Below are positions 1 to 10,168 of a stretch of 64,000 nucleotides of DNA, in pieces. A program made the position numbers and the translations under genes. Positions within the stretch are counted from its first letter, which is position 1. Every line of letters begins with the position of its first letter. The notes under the pieces are model-generated. The model did not search any database. It had not been told where the DNA came from and saw nothing but the letters and a program-made list of their open reading frames with translations. Location: the sequence record NC_023719.1; one strand, given 5' to 3'.

Positions 1-14
1 AATTAATAAGAAAA

Positions 15-345
15 TTCTATATATAGAAAAGAGAAGAAAGTTTGTTTTTATTAATTGATCTATACTACATTAGGGGGAAAATGGAAAATTCTTAATCCAA
101 GTAAGAAAGTAGGTATCCCCCTATGTAGGTTTTTACAACAAAATATGGAGGAATGTTGTAAAATGAAAAACTATTCAACAGTAATGTATCGCTAACTATA
201 TATTAGCGGCTGCCGTAGCAGCAAGAAAAGTTCTATAGCTCTATATATAGAAGATTAGAACTCTTTTTGCTGCCCGCAGATCATTTAGTGATCTTCTATA
301 TATAGAGCTATAGAAATAGAAAAAATAGAAAAGCTCTATATATAG
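15..345. repeat. Cluster of CTATATATAG palindromes with nested inverted repeats (origin- or terminus-like non-coding region)
   Basis: CTATATATAG at 17, 241, 296, 336; perfect 24-bp inverted repeat 231-254 / 292-315; no ORF in 1-645. Confidence 0.75.
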
Positions 346-580
346 ATCATTCTTTTAGATCGTTCCTTATTGTAGCTTCACTTAATAAAGATAAGAAAGT
401 GTTCCCGTACTCTTTCTTCTATTCCGGAATTAATAATATTATAAGAGGATAGCATTAGATTTTTAACACTTTTAAATTATTTCCCGATTATTTCCCAAAC
501 ATTGTAATAGTATATGTAATGAAGAGAATTGAGATAGAGTATAAAGATGAAAAGAGCGACAACGTGATTGTTTAAAAATA

Positions 581-620
581 GTTTACAAAGTTATTAGAAT
601 ATGATATAATAAATATATAA
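581..620 (+). promoter_or_regulatory. Representative of a >30-copy sigmaA-type early promoter (A-tract, GTTTACA-N17-TATAAT, then AAATATATAAGG)
   Basis: Same motif at about 3965, 9027, 12683, 16080, 16706, 17245, 20600, 22033, 23242, 27498, 29696, 30361, 30917, 32130, 34412, 42184, 44122, 46679, 46777, 48344, 52024, 52286, 55110, 56894, 58834, 60849, 61759, usually just after a terminator and ahead of an RBS. Confidence 0.9.
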
Positions 621-645
621 GAACAAATATAGGGAGAAGGAAACG

Positions 646-1014
646 ATGGACAGAAAAGAAGAGTTGATTAGTCAGATCGAAGAAGATTTATTGATATTGA
701 CATTATCTATGGGGATAAAGGTATTGAAGAATGACGATAGTTTTAATGTATTAGATCATAAGAATTATCGATTATTCGCTATATATATAGAAGAAGCTAA
801 GATAGGTTATAGATATAAAGTGTTATTAAATTATGAAGGTAAGTTAGGAAATATAAACATTAGGGGTTCTCATAATATAGTAGAAAGTTATGATGAAGAA
901 GTTGTATATAGTAAAGTAAAGAAGATGATAGACGCTATAGTTGAAAATGATGGAACGGTGAAGAGGACGTATATTGATGATGGATTCGAAGTTAAGAGAT
1001 CTGGTGAAAGTTGA
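646..1014 (+). CDS. Hypothetical, small-paralog family A
   Basis: RBS and early promoter; N-terminal helix ending LxxLxL shared with neighbours. Confidence 0.8.
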   Translation: MDRKEELISQIEEDLLILTLSMGIKVLKNDDSFNVLDHKNYRLFAIYIEEAKIGYRYKVLLNYEGKLGNINIRGSHNIVESYDEEVVYSKVKKMIDAIVENDGTVKRTYIDDGFEVKRSGES

Positions 1015-1264
1015 ATTAGTATCTTTAGCATTAGTAAAAGAAATATATATAAAAGAAAATAGTAATCTTATAGATGTATATGATTCAAATGATTGGAGAA
1101 TTTTTGCTATTTATTATGATAAGCAAGCGGATCTATATATAGTAAGAACTATTATGAAGTGGAAACGTAAAGAATGGATGCGTAATACCGTGATAATTTC
1201 TAAAACCGCAGATATAGAAGAGACGTTGAGAAATTCAAAGAGAGCTATACGAGCTCTTATGTGA
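974..1264 (+). CDS. Hypothetical, family A
   Basis: Similar to 646 ORF (ELVSLALVKE...RIFAIYY). Confidence 0.8.
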   Translation: MMMDSKLRDLVKVELVSLALVKEIYIKENSNLIDVYDSNDWRIFAIYYDKQADLYIVRTIMKWKRKEWMRNTVIISKTADIEETLRNSKRAIRALM

Positions 1265-1273
1265 GGTGAGTTT

Positions 1274-1585
1274 GTGGATAGAATAAGAGAATATATAGAT
1301 AGTGAGATAGTAGGGTGTGCCTTGATGGGTAATTTCCCCGAGTATAAGTGTAATTATCTTTATTGTTCGAGTAATCTTAGTCTTAATGTATGGATCGGCG
1401 AAATTTTTTATTTTGAGATTAGTGAAGATAGAGAGGGTGGATATATTGTTTCTCCAAATATGTGGAATTTAAAGACATATGTAAAGATGCGGTATATGGC
1501 TGATGAGATTAGAGTAGATACTGAAGAAGAAGTGATGAATATAGCTAGGCACTTTCTTAGGTTGAAGGGAGAAAGAGTCGTATGA
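1274..1585 (+). CDS. Hypothetical, family A-like
   Basis: GAGG RBS, co-directional packing. Confidence 0.75.
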   Translation: MDRIREYIDSEIVGCALMGNFPEYKCNYLYCSSNLSLNVWIGEIFYFEISEDREGGYIVSPNMWNLKTYVKMRYMADEIRVDTEEEVMNIARHFLRLKGERVV

Positions 1586-1911
1586 GTAGTTATGATAGAA
1601 TTCATGAGTGGTTAAAAGAATCATTAGTAGGTTTATCTTTAATTAGAAGTGTAGAGTTTGAGTACGTAAGTCATATAGCTTTTGGATCTAATAAAGAGAT
1701 AAGAAGCATTTATATAAATTGTGAAAGTTTGCTGTTTTTAAATTTAGTTATATATGAAATGAGTGACAAGTGTATATTTCAGTGTAGTAATGGTTTTCGT
1801 TTTAGGCACGATAAAGAAAATCATTATATATCGACTGAAGATTTTGATATATGTATTGAGAGGTTAGAAGAATGGATAGAAGAGATAATGCAAGTAAAGA
1901 TAATACTATAA
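1582..1911 (+). CDS. Hypothetical, family A
   Basis: LVGLSLIRSVEF...IFQC.N...IST..FD...E..EEWIEE shared with next two ORFs. Confidence 0.8.
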   Translation: MSSYDRIHEWLKESLVGLSLIRSVEFEYVSHIAFGSNKEIRSIYINCESLLFLNLVIYEMSDKCIFQCSNGFRFRHDKENHYISTEDFDICIERLEEWIEEIMQVKIIL

Positions 1912-2210
1912 GCAACTATACTAGAGTAGTGGAACGTTTAAAAGAATTATTAGTGATGTTATCTTTATTTAGAGAGGTAGAGATTGAATATCATTATTAT
2001 TCTAGTAGAGCTAAAGGGATAACTGTTTTTTGTGATGGTTTTTATTTTTTAGATTTGACATTATATGATCCAGATCACGAATGTATTTTTGAGTGTCGTA
2101 ATCGTTCTACTTATCGAGATATATCAACTATGAAATTTGATAAATATTTTGATAAGATAGAAGAGTGGATAGAAGATAAATTGAATAAGGGAGAGGGAAG
2201 TCTTGTATGA
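1872..2210 (+). CDS. Hypothetical, family A
   Basis: Clear paralog of 1582 and 2203; start uncertain. Confidence 0.8.
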   Translation: MDRRDNASKDNTISNYTRVVERLKELLVMLSLFREVEIEYHYYSSRAKGITVFCDGFYFLDLTLYDPDHECIFECRNRSTYRDISTMKFDKYFDKIEEWIEDKLNKGEGSLV

Positions 2211-2505
2211 TAAAATTCTTGAAAGGTTGAAAAATTCAGATGCTATGATTATGTTATCTTTAACGGGAAGTGTAGAATTTGATTATATTGATTATACTAG
2301 TGGAGCTAAAGGAATATATGTAAGTTGTGATGGTGAGACTTTTCTGTGTTTAACTATATACAATCCGGAGGATGACTATATTCTAGAATGTCGCAATTAT
2401 AGTTTTGCTAAGAATATATCAACTAGTTCATTTGATATATATTTTGAGCAGATAGAGGAGTGGATAGAGGAGTTTATGGTTAATAAAGATGTACGCTATA
2501 TATAG
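2203..2505 (+). CDS. Hypothetical, family A
   Basis: Clear paralog of 1872. Confidence 0.8.
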   Translation: MYDKILERLKNSDAMIMLSLTGSVEFDYIDYTSGAKGIYVSCDGETFLCLTIYNPEDDYILECRNYSFAKNISTSSFDIYFEQIEEWIEEFMVNKDVRYI

Positions 2506-2528
2506 AATAAAAAGAAAGGAACGAGAAA

Positions 2529-2852
2529 ATGATATTTAGACTTCTTAAAGAGTTTATAAATAGGAGGTATAGTGAAGAAATTAAAGATGCAAATGATGTT
2601 TTAGAAGTATTGGATATTAAGGTTTTAGAATTCATGATGATTAGAGGAGAAGAGTTGCTAATTGATCGGCATGAATTTAAATCAAAAGGTAAATTGCTTA
2701 CAACTATCTATGTTATAGTTGATATTAGTATTTTAAAGAGAATTAAAATGAGTTCTACTATGTTTATTGTAATTGATGGTGCAACTGGAGAACAAGTGGA
2801 TTTTGATAAAATAGAAGATTTGTTAGAGGATATAAGAAGTTGGGAGTTGTGA
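2529..2852 (+). CDS. Hypothetical protein
   Basis: ORF with RBS, in operon. Confidence 0.7.
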   Translation: MIFRLLKEFINRRYSEEIKDANDVLEVLDIKVLEFMMIRGEELLIDRHEFKSKGKLLTTIYVIVDISILKRIKMSSTMFIVIDGATGEQVDFDKIEDLLEDIRSWEL

Positions 2853-2855
2853 AAT

Positions 2856-3107
2856 ATGAGAGAAGATCTTAGTGTGCTTGGTAAGTTATTGACAGAAGGG
2901 GTATATACTTATTTCCCTAATTGTGATAGTGTGTCACTTAATGAGAGACGAGATACATATAAGTTAGATTTGATAATGAATATAAGTGAGAGTGATTATT
3001 TGGCTGATGTATTGGTGAAGGGAATGACTTATAAAGAGTTTGAAGAGAAGATTAATTATATGTATGGTATAAATGTAGAAGTTATAGTGATGGGTTTAGC
3101 CGCTTGA
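2856..3107 (+). CDS. Hypothetical, family B
   Basis: GV..YFP...I.E..Y.A..LV.G shared with 3132. Confidence 0.75.
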   Translation: MREDLSVLGKLLTEGVYTYFPNCDSVSLNERRDTYKLDLIMNISESDYLADVLVKGMTYKEFEEKINYMYGINVEVIVMGLAA

Positions 3108-3131
3108 ATATATGAAGGGAATGATTGAGAG

Positions 3132-3419
3132 ATGAATGTTGCGGGTTTTGTTAGATCTGGAGTACAGAAATATTTTCCGTATCATGAAGTTAAAATAGCG
3201 AGTGATGGTTATTATAGTATAGTTATAGAAGTCTATATAACTGAATCAGCATATGTAGCTAATATGTTAGTTACTGGTTTGAGTTTAGAAAAAATACAAG
3301 AAATAGTATTAGAAGATTTAAAATCACAAGTTGGTGACGTAAGGTTAAATATAGAAGTAAGGCAGGTAGATTTTGAGAAAATAAATAGATATATGCATCA
3401 ATTAACTTTTGCTTGTTAA
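3132..3419 (+). CDS. Hypothetical, family B
   Basis: Paralog of 2856. Confidence 0.75.
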   Translation: MNVAGFVRSGVQKYFPYHEVKIASDGYYSIVIEVYITESAYVANMLVTGLSLEKIQEIVLEDLKSQVGDVRLNIEVRQVDFEKINRYMHQLTFAC

Positions 3420-3476
3420 GTTCTTTTTGTAGCGAGAAATTATATTAGAGAAATGAAGCTATAGAAAGAGAGTTGA

Positions 3477-3818
3477 TTGAGGATGCATCCTGATTTGAAG
3501 AATATATATGATGATCTTTTAGATTACACGTCTAAAGAGACATTGTTTGGAAATGCGGTGGATATACTAGTAGATGATGGAATGATGATAAAGGTATATA
3601 TAAGAGATGAAGAGGGTATTAATGGAACATTTAAGAAGCCGTTAATGTCTATACATTTTATAATGCCTGGAGTATTGACTGTAAAATTTATATTGAATAA
3701 TCCATCTGCGTATGAATATTTATTTTCTGGGTTTAAGATTATGCATATTGAGAGAAATGCGTATAGAGTAGATTTTGAGAAATTGGAAGATTTTGAGAGA
3801 TTTATAGGTTCTTTATAA
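3477..3818 (+). CDS. Hypothetical protein
   Basis: ORF with RBS. Confidence 0.7.
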   Translation: MRMHPDLKNIYDDLLDYTSKETLFGNAVDILVDDGMMIKVYIRDEEGINGTFKKPLMSIHFIMPGVLTVKFILNNPSAYEYLFSGFKIMHIERNAYRVDFEKLEDFERFIGSL

Positions 3819-4018
3819 ATTTTTGATCCCGTATTAGAAAGATACGGGATTTTATATTGAGGTAATTTAATTATATTGAAATAATGTATAAAATGATAAC
3901 TATTTTTCATATATAGAAATATGAAGGATAAAAATTTGATAAAAATCGCTAATTTTAATAATTAGTTTACAATTTGTTATTGTTATGATATAATAAATAT
4001 ATAAGGAAGGAGAAATAT

Positions 4019-4459
4019 TTGATGTTAGTTGCTGAAGAGAGAAAAGATTTACTTGAATTTTTAGACAGTTATGTAACAATGAAAACGATGACTGAAGAAA
4101 AGAAGTTAGAATATAATATAAAGAACGTAATTGAGATGGACATTATATCTTTGGTGTGTGAAACTAAATTTGGGATATTGAATTTAGAAATTTGTCATTA
4201 TTTGAAAGAGAAGATAAAATCTGATGGAATGACAGTGAAATTTAGATTTGCAGATACAGTGAATAGCAATGTAAAATCTCGAGTACGTGAAGCTATATTT
4301 AAGAAAGATGTAAGTAATTATCATGATAATTTATTTGGGGACACTGAGTTGATATCTTTGCAGATAGATACTGTAGAAGAATTTAAAGTATTCTTTGAAG
4401 AGAATATAATTCGTGAAGATATAGCTGAAAGAAGAAGTGTTCGTTCCTTTATTAAATGA
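4019..4459 (+). CDS. Hypothetical, family C
   Basis: Early promoter and RBS; N-terminal EFLDSY motif. Confidence 0.8.
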   Translation: MMLVAEERKDLLEFLDSYVTMKTMTEEKKLEYNIKNVIEMDIISLVCETKFGILNLEICHYLKEKIKSDGMTVKFRFADTVNSNVKSRVREAIFKKDVSNYHDNLFGDTELISLQIDTVEEFKVFFEENIIREDIAERRSVRSFIK

Positions 4460-4875
4460 TTTACAAAGATGTAAAGCAGTATTTACAGGGTTATGTAGAT
4501 TATATCACAATAATGAATTGCGTAGATTTTAAATTAGCGTGGGATAAACAGCTTAGAGAGTTTTCTATATGTGTAAGAAATTCTCCTGGTGTTGATCACG
4601 TTAATAAATACTCTAGAATAATGACATTTGAGATGGCAGATATAAGCAACGAATGTATTATTAATATAGTATTTAAATTAAAAGAATTTATGCCGTCTTG
4701 GCATGCTTATCCTTCTGTTTTTGAAAACATGACTATTATGTATGAAGAAAAGAAAATATTGGTACAAGAAACTGGAACTAATAGTTTTAGAATAAAGATA
4801 AAAGAGCTTGAAGATTTGCAAGATTTTTTGCAGATGTTACATGATGAAAAATACTATGAGAAATGGGATATGTGA
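4456..4875 (+). CDS. Hypothetical, family C-like
   Basis: ATGA overlap with upstream stop. Confidence 0.75.
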   Translation: MIYKDVKQYLQGYVDYITIMNCVDFKLAWDKQLREFSICVRNSPGVDHVNKYSRIMTFEMADISNECIINIVFKLKEFMPSWHAYPSVFENMTIMYEEKKILVQETGTNSFRIKIKELEDLQDFLQMLHDEKYYEKWDM

Positions 4876-5217
4876 ATGGGACAATATAGAGAGAGAAAAC
4901 GTTCTATAAAGATTGAGAATAATATGGCAGATCATGTATATAATAAAATAAAGGAGGCTGACATCACGAGTATGGAACGAGCATTAGAAGGAGAGTCTCT
5001 TATTTGGGATCTGTTGAAGTTTTGTAAAGGACATAAGCCAAATGAAATCGAAATTTACACAATTAGAGATGGTAAAAATAGTGAAACATTATTATCGCAT
5101 TGGGAAGGAAAGACCAAGAGCGAAAAAGTTGGTACAGTAGCTGGTATATTAGAAGTAGAATTGTATGATGAAATCGATATAGTATTACCAACTGGTGAAG
5201 TATACCAGAGGCATTAA
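4876..5217 (+). CDS. Hypothetical protein
   Basis: Abuts upstream stop, followed by terminator. Confidence 0.75.
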   Translation: MGQYRERKRSIKIENNMADHVYNKIKEADITSMERALEGESLIWDLLKFCKGHKPNEIEIYTIRDGKNSETLLSHWEGKTKSEKVGTVAGILEVELYDEIDIVLPTGEVYQRH

Positions 5218-5220
5218 GCA

Positions 5221-5247
5221 AAGGGTGGTTTTTACCACTCTTTTTTT
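5221..5247 (+). terminator. Intrinsic terminator (representative of many after + strand operons)
   Basis: AAGGGTGGT / ACCACTC hairpin plus T7; similar at about 9346, 11548, 17210, 25632, 33357, 34365, 41121, 47950, 49952, 60023. Confidence 0.8.
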
Positions 5248-5345
5248 ATTTGTTTATAAGAATATTTTATACATAAATTAGTAGAATATACCGTTAATCT
5301 TTTAATTTCTTCATAATATAATAATTTATTAATATTGAGCAGGGA

Positions 5346-5810
5346 ATGATTATAATGATCGATGGAATGGAAGAAGGATATGAGGAAGATTTAAAAGAAT
5401 ATAAAGAAGTATTTGATGTATTAGACTCATATGTGTTGAGCTGTGAATTAAGAGATATAAAGATGTATTATTCTATAACGCAAGAGAGATATTCATCTCT
5501 ACGTTATAATATTAGAGTTGTTACTACGGAATTGTGGGATTCAGATAAGACAGATAATTTTAATGTAAAAATATTAAATGCTGCGAATCCTAATAATAAG
5601 AATATGAAATTTTGCGTTGAGATAGATAAGGATATAGATGGTGTAGAATTTAACACTAGAGAAATGGCTAATAGATTAAAGAAATTGGATATATATTGGG
5701 ATAAGACGATAAATAAGAAAAGAAAAAGCGGGTATCATGGTTATGTTGTTTGGGTAAGCGTTGATAAGTTTAGAGATGTTTTTGACGTGTTTACAGAATA
5801 TTTAATATAG
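5346..5810 (+). CDS. Hypothetical, family C
   Basis: DVLDSYVL motif. Confidence 0.75.
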   Translation: MIIMIDGMEEGYEEDLKEYKEVFDVLDSYVLSCELRDIKMYYSITQERYSSLRYNIRVVTTELWDSDKTDNFNVKILNAANPNNKNMKFCVEIDKDIDGVEFNTREMANRLKKLDIYWDKTINKKRKSGYHGYVVWVSVDKFRDVFDVFTEYLI

Positions 5811-5817
5811 GGGGATA

Positions 5818-6237
5818 ATGATGAAAATAGTTATTGAAGATGAGATATCCCAGTCGTATATAGATCAATTTGAAGATTTCATATTAGGTAAAAAGATTAC
5901 TGATCCAAACTTGCAGAAATACGTACAGTTTGTAAGTATTAATGGAGAAGATATTTTTTCAATAGGGTTAACTGAAAAACAGGAAATGGCAAGAGGAGAA
6001 GATCTGGATATAACAGCTATATATAGTTTGAAAATAATCGGAGAATCTGGTAAACTTAAGCAAGTGACAATAAAATTAAAAAGATTCTCATATGAATATG
6101 AATATGAACGCGTTCAAAAGATATTTGATAAATATGAAATAGGGCAAAGTTTTCATTATGAAGATGTTTTATGTTGTAAGTTAGTAAATCCTAATAATTT
6201 TATGAATTTGATAGTTGAGTTAGATGGAGGACAATGA
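5818..6237 (+). CDS. Hypothetical, family C
   Basis: SYIDQFEDFILG motif. Confidence 0.8.
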   Translation: MMKIVIEDEISQSYIDQFEDFILGKKITDPNLQKYVQFVSINGEDIFSIGLTEKQEMARGEDLDITAIYSLKIIGESGKLKQVTIKLKRFSYEYEYERVQKIFDKYEIGQSFHYEDVLCCKLVNPNNFMNLIVELDGGQ

Positions 6238-6302
6238 GTCCTTCTTTTTTAATATTTTGTTTACGATATTTTTGTTATTTGATATAATAAATATATAAGG
6301 AG

Positions 6303-6749
6303 ATGGACGATATGAAGAATTCTGAGATAGAGAAAATAAAGAAGCTATTAGATGAAAAGTCTTTAAGTATATATGAAGCGTTTGAGAATGAAATTTTGAG
6401 TTTTATGTTAACATGTGATAGTTGTAGTTTATTTTTGAATCCCAATGATAGTAAGAGTCTTGGGAATATAAAGGCGTATGAAGCTGGGTTTGCGTTTATG
6501 AAAAATAAAATTCATTATTTCTTTGAATTGACAATTTGGGCTTCTAGTACATTTAAAGCTACTCGATTATCAGGTAGTATTCGTAATGATAGATATGATT
6601 CTATACTAGATCAAATAGAAGAAAAAACTGGAAGTAGAGAACATAGTGTTGAATATTTTTCAAATTTACGAATAATAAATTTTGATAATATTCATAATGC
6701 TAAAGATTTAAGCATAATATTATCTGTATTATTGGGTGAATGTGTATGA
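6303..6749 (+). CDS. Hypothetical, family C-like
   Basis: Early promoter and RBS. Confidence 0.75.
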   Translation: MDDMKNSEIEKIKKLLDEKSLSIYEAFENEILSFMLTCDSCSLFLNPNDSKSLGNIKAYEAGFAFMKNKIHYFFELTIWASSTFKATRLSGSIRNDRYDSILDQIEEKTGSREHSVEYFSNLRIINFDNIHNAKDLSIILSVLLGECV

Positions 6750-7222
6750 TAAGAGTAGAAGATATAAAATATTGCCTTGAGGAGACAAGAGAGTGTTTAG
6801 AATTAGTTGAATCGTTCTTTCTTGCTGCTGATTTAGCTGGTAATATTAATTATAAACGCACATTAGAATTAAAGAATTATTCAGATTTCTACATGTATAT
6901 GTATAAAATATCTATATTTAATAGTAATATTGCAATTAACATAAGGGAGTATAAGGATGAGGAGAAGGATGTATATATCCAATTAACAGTGCATCTTATA
7001 GTGTCTCAACAAGATGATGTCGAGATAGATGAAGAGAAGGTAGATTATATAAAGAAACATTTAGATGAAATAAGTGGTGCAAGTAGTTTGTTGAAAGTAA
7101 GAAAATCGGGAATAACATTTCCGTTTTTACATTTAGTTGTTCCAGTAATAGATTCGAAGGATATTGTTGAGATATTGAATTTTATTGAGGAGAAAATATT
7201 GATTGAGGGTGTTACTAAATGA
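6740..7222 (+). CDS. Hypothetical, family C
   Basis: ELVESFFL motif; coupled to neighbours. Confidence 0.75.
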   Translation: MCMIRVEDIKYCLEETRECLELVESFFLAADLAGNINYKRTLELKNYSDFYMYMYKISIFNSNIAINIREYKDEEKDVYIQLTVHLIVSQQDDVEIDEEKVDYIKKHLDEISGASSLLKVRKSGITFPFLHLVVPVIDSKDIVEILNFIEEKILIEGVTK

Positions 7223-7695
7223 AGCTCAATATTGAAAAATTGAAAGAGATAGAAGGATGCAAGGAAACTCTAGAGTATATAGAGCAATTTGATAGTTTTA
7301 TACTTGGTATTAAAGTAGCTAATAATGAAAAATTTAGTAATGTAGAAGTAACTAAGCGTGATAGTGGTAGAGATATGCTACTTTATAATGTTTCAGCTTC
7401 ATATGATGTGAAGGAAAATAGTTATTTTAATTTGTTTATTAAAGAGCAAAATGGTGTTTTGGTAGAATGTTATATAAACGTTAGGAGTTGTACTGATAGA
7501 TTAATAAATATAGAGCAGATAAAAAGTAAGTTACTTGAAGAATATGGTATTATTCCAAAAATTTTTGGAAATAAAATAGGTTATCTTTTTAAAAATGATA
7601 ATTTCTTAACTAGCGCTTTAATTAGTTCAAATAAGTTTGTAGACATGTTGATATTAATATATGAAGAAATGTTTGAAGGGGATGTGATGAGATGA
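7219..7695 (+). CDS. Hypothetical, family C
   Basis: EYIEQFDSFILG motif. Confidence 0.8.
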   Translation: MKLNIEKLKEIEGCKETLEYIEQFDSFILGIKVANNEKFSNVEVTKRDSGRDMLLYNVSASYDVKENSYFNLFIKEQNGVLVECYINVRSCTDRLINIEQIKSKLLEEYGIIPKIFGNKIGYLFKNDNFLTSALISSNKFVDMLILIYEEMFEGDVMR

Positions 7696-8159
7696 TTGAT
7701 ATTAAGCTATCAGACAAGAGATCTCGAGAATATTTAGACAAGTTTAATGATTTTTTCGTAGCTGTTAGTATGTGTGACAAGAGAGAAACAAGAATGGTAG
7801 ATGATAAAAGATGCAGATATAGTGTAAAGCACAGTAAGTTAGCTTTAGTTGAGAGTATATATGATTTTACAATATATTTTGGATCTGCTGGATTAGATTC
7901 TATTTGTTTAACTTTAGTGGAAGATAATAACGGAAAGTTTATAAAAACAAAAATAGAAGCTAGGTGTTTTGATCCACGTAAGCCAATAAATAGAGATGAA
8001 TTATTAAAATTAGTATTTGAATCAGGTATAGATAAAGAAAATATGAAAACTCAATTTACAGATGCTGGTATAAATAAAGTAGAGTTATCTTTAAACGAGG
8101 ATGTAGTTTTCACAGATGTTTTGCAATCACTATATGAAGGAATGATTAGGGGGTATTGA
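7692..8159 (+). CDS. Hypothetical, family C
   Basis: EYLDKFNDF motif. Confidence 0.8.
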   Translation: MIDIKLSDKRSREYLDKFNDFFVAVSMCDKRETRMVDDKRCRYSVKHSKLALVESIYDFTIYFGSAGLDSICLTLVEDNNGKFIKTKIEARCFDPRKPINRDELLKLVFESGIDKENMKTQFTDAGINKVELSLNEDVVFTDVLQSLYEGMIRGY

Positions 8160-8162
8160 GGG

Positions 8163-8597
8163 ATGGTAGAGGTATTAAGTCAAGAGACTCAAGAGTATGT
8201 AGATCAGTTTGAAGCATTTGCTGTAGGAGAACAACTCAGTGGAGTTGCATATAGAAGTAATACTGAGAAGAGAGTATTGAGAAGAGATCATTTTTTGAGA
8301 TTGTCTTATTCTAGTAATGAAAATTGGAATGTTTTTGATAGAGATAAATTTATAGACTTGATCCTTGTAGAAACTAATAAAGGTTTAGATTTAGCAGAGA
8401 TTAGAGTTTCAACTAAGTTAGTGGAAGATGTAGAGCGATTTAGAAGAAAACTAATGAGAACTGGGTTCGTGTCAGTTAATAAAAGAACTATTCATAATTT
8501 GCATATGTATTCTGTTTACTATGAGATTATTATATATGATCCGCGTAAGTTGACTGATTTATTGTTTGCGTTGAAAGATGTAGTGGAAGTGGGGTAA
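8163..8597 (+). CDS. Hypothetical, family C
   Basis: EYVDQFEAFAVGEQL motif. Confidence 0.8.
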   Translation: MVEVLSQETQEYVDQFEAFAVGEQLSGVAYRSNTEKRVLRRDHFLRLSYSSNENWNVFDRDKFIDLILVETNKGLDLAEIRVSTKLVEDVERFRRKLMRTGFVSVNKRTIHNLHMYSVYYEIIIYDPRKLTDLLFALKDVVEVG

Positions 8598-8603
8598 ATA
8601 CTT

Positions 8604-9020
8604 ATGATTGATATAGATCAATTACCTAGAGAAGTAAGAGATTATGCTACAAAATTTGATAATTTTGGAGTATGTGAACAGCTTAAATATGGAGTAAAGT
8701 ATGACAGTAAGATGATGCCGATAACCGATAGAATTTATAATTTTCTTTTACGTTATCGTAGTAATTCTTCTTCATTAAGGAAATATATTAAAATGTCTAT
8801 TAGTTTAAATTCTAAAAATGAAATAGAAGCTACTATTCGAGCTAGAATTGGACTTCCGACACAGAATATAAAAAATTATCTATACGAATTAAGAGAAATG
8901 GATAGCAACGCTGATATTAAAGAGTTATTAGGTTTAGCTATAATATATATAAAATTAAAAGATTCCAATAAGTTATCTGAAATATTATTGTCTTTGAGTG
9001 AAAAGATGGACAATAATTAA
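8604..9020 (+). CDS. Hypothetical, family C
   Basis: DYATKFDNFGVCEQL motif. Confidence 0.8.
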   Translation: MIDIDQLPREVRDYATKFDNFGVCEQLKYGVKYDSKMMPITDRIYNFLLRYRSNSSSLRKYIKMSISLNSKNEIEATIRARIGLPTQNIKNYLYELREMDSNADIKELLGLAIIYIKLKDSNKLSEILLSLSEKMDNN

Positions 9021-9081
9021 AAATCAGTTTACAGGTTGATTTCCTTGCGATATAATAAATATATATAAAGGAGAGATAAAT

Positions 9082-9345
9082 ATGAATTATCATGTAATTA
9101 ACGTGAGTGATGAAGATGGTATTTATAGATTAGAGATAGATAGTAATTTATTTACTCCAAAGATAGTTAATATTTATTGCAACAAAACTCCAAAATGTAC
9201 TTCGAGTTATAAATATAAGATATGTTCATTATGTATAGTGGGTGAAGATATTAATATTTTTCCGCATGAAAATGATATCTTGAGTATGTATGATACTTAT
9301 CATCTCATAAAAAATAATGTCAAAAAGATACTAGATACTATCTAA
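9082..9345 (+). CDS. Hypothetical protein
   Basis: Early promoter, RBS, terminator. Confidence 0.75.
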   Translation: MNYHVINVSDEDGIYRLEIDSNLFTPKIVNIYCNKTPKCTSSYKYKICSLCIVGEDINIFPHENDILSMYDTYHLIKNNVKKILDTI

Positions 9346-9400
9346 AGAATGAGTCTGATATTAAATCAGGCTCTTTTTTTATTATTAATAATATAGGAGG

Positions 9401-9826
9401 TTGATGAGCATGAAATTAATACAAGAAGCAAAAGAGTTTTTTGAGTCGTACGAGTTAGCTAATGTGATGTTTGATGAAAAAAGTATAATAGTGAGTATTT
9501 TTGAAGCTACCAGTAGGAGTGTGTTACAAGTAAAGATAACAGAGAAAACAGGTAAGAATTTTATTTCGCGTTCAGTTGAGACGAATATGTTTTGTGATAT
9601 AAAGATAGATAGAAGCATAGTGAAGATGAATTTTAAATATAAAGAAACAAAAATAAGTAAAGAATTTATAGATGTGATTAATAGTTTAAAAAAGAATGAC
9701 TATGTTATAAAATATATAGGGAATATTGCATATATAACGATTATTGATCCGAGAGTAGAAGAGATAGTGAAGATATTTATGGAATTAGAACCTCATTGTA
9801 AGAGATATAGTAATCAAAGAGTGTAG
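9401..9826 (+). CDS. Hypothetical, family C-like
   Basis: AGGAGG RBS; EFFESYEL. Confidence 0.75.
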   Translation: MMSMKLIQEAKEFFESYELANVMFDEKSIIVSIFEATSRSVLQVKITEKTGKNFISRSVETNMFCDIKIDRSIVKMNFKYKETKISKEFIDVINSLKKNDYVIKYIGNIAYITIIDPRVEEIVKIFMELEPHCKRYSNQRV

Positions 9827-9893
9827 TATTTTAAACTATTTGTTTACATAAACGAAGATTTGTGATATAATTAAATTATAACTTAATTGGGAG

Positions 9894-10112
9894 ATGATAT
9901 TGATGGCTAAATCAAAAAGTCAGAAGAAATTAGCGCACAAGTTGAAGAATGGAGTTAATTTAGATCCAAGAAATCAACGAGGAGATTTTGGAAGTTTGAC
10001 AGGGATAACAAAATCAACACCAACATTAGTAACTAAGCAACGTAGACAAGAGAATAAACATAAGAAGAGAGATAAGTATGATCGAGATTACATAGGTCAT
10101 ACTTATTTTTAG
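9894..10112 (+). CDS. Small basic hypothetical protein
   Basis: Early promoter; Lys/Arg-rich. Confidence 0.7.
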   Translation: MILMAKSKSQKKLAHKLKNGVNLDPRNQRGDFGSLTGITKSTPTLVTKQRRQENKHKKRDKYDRDYIGHTYF

Positions 10113-10168
10113 TATAGAATACTTATAATAAATACATACATAATTCGTATTAAGAAAAAGAGTAGGTG

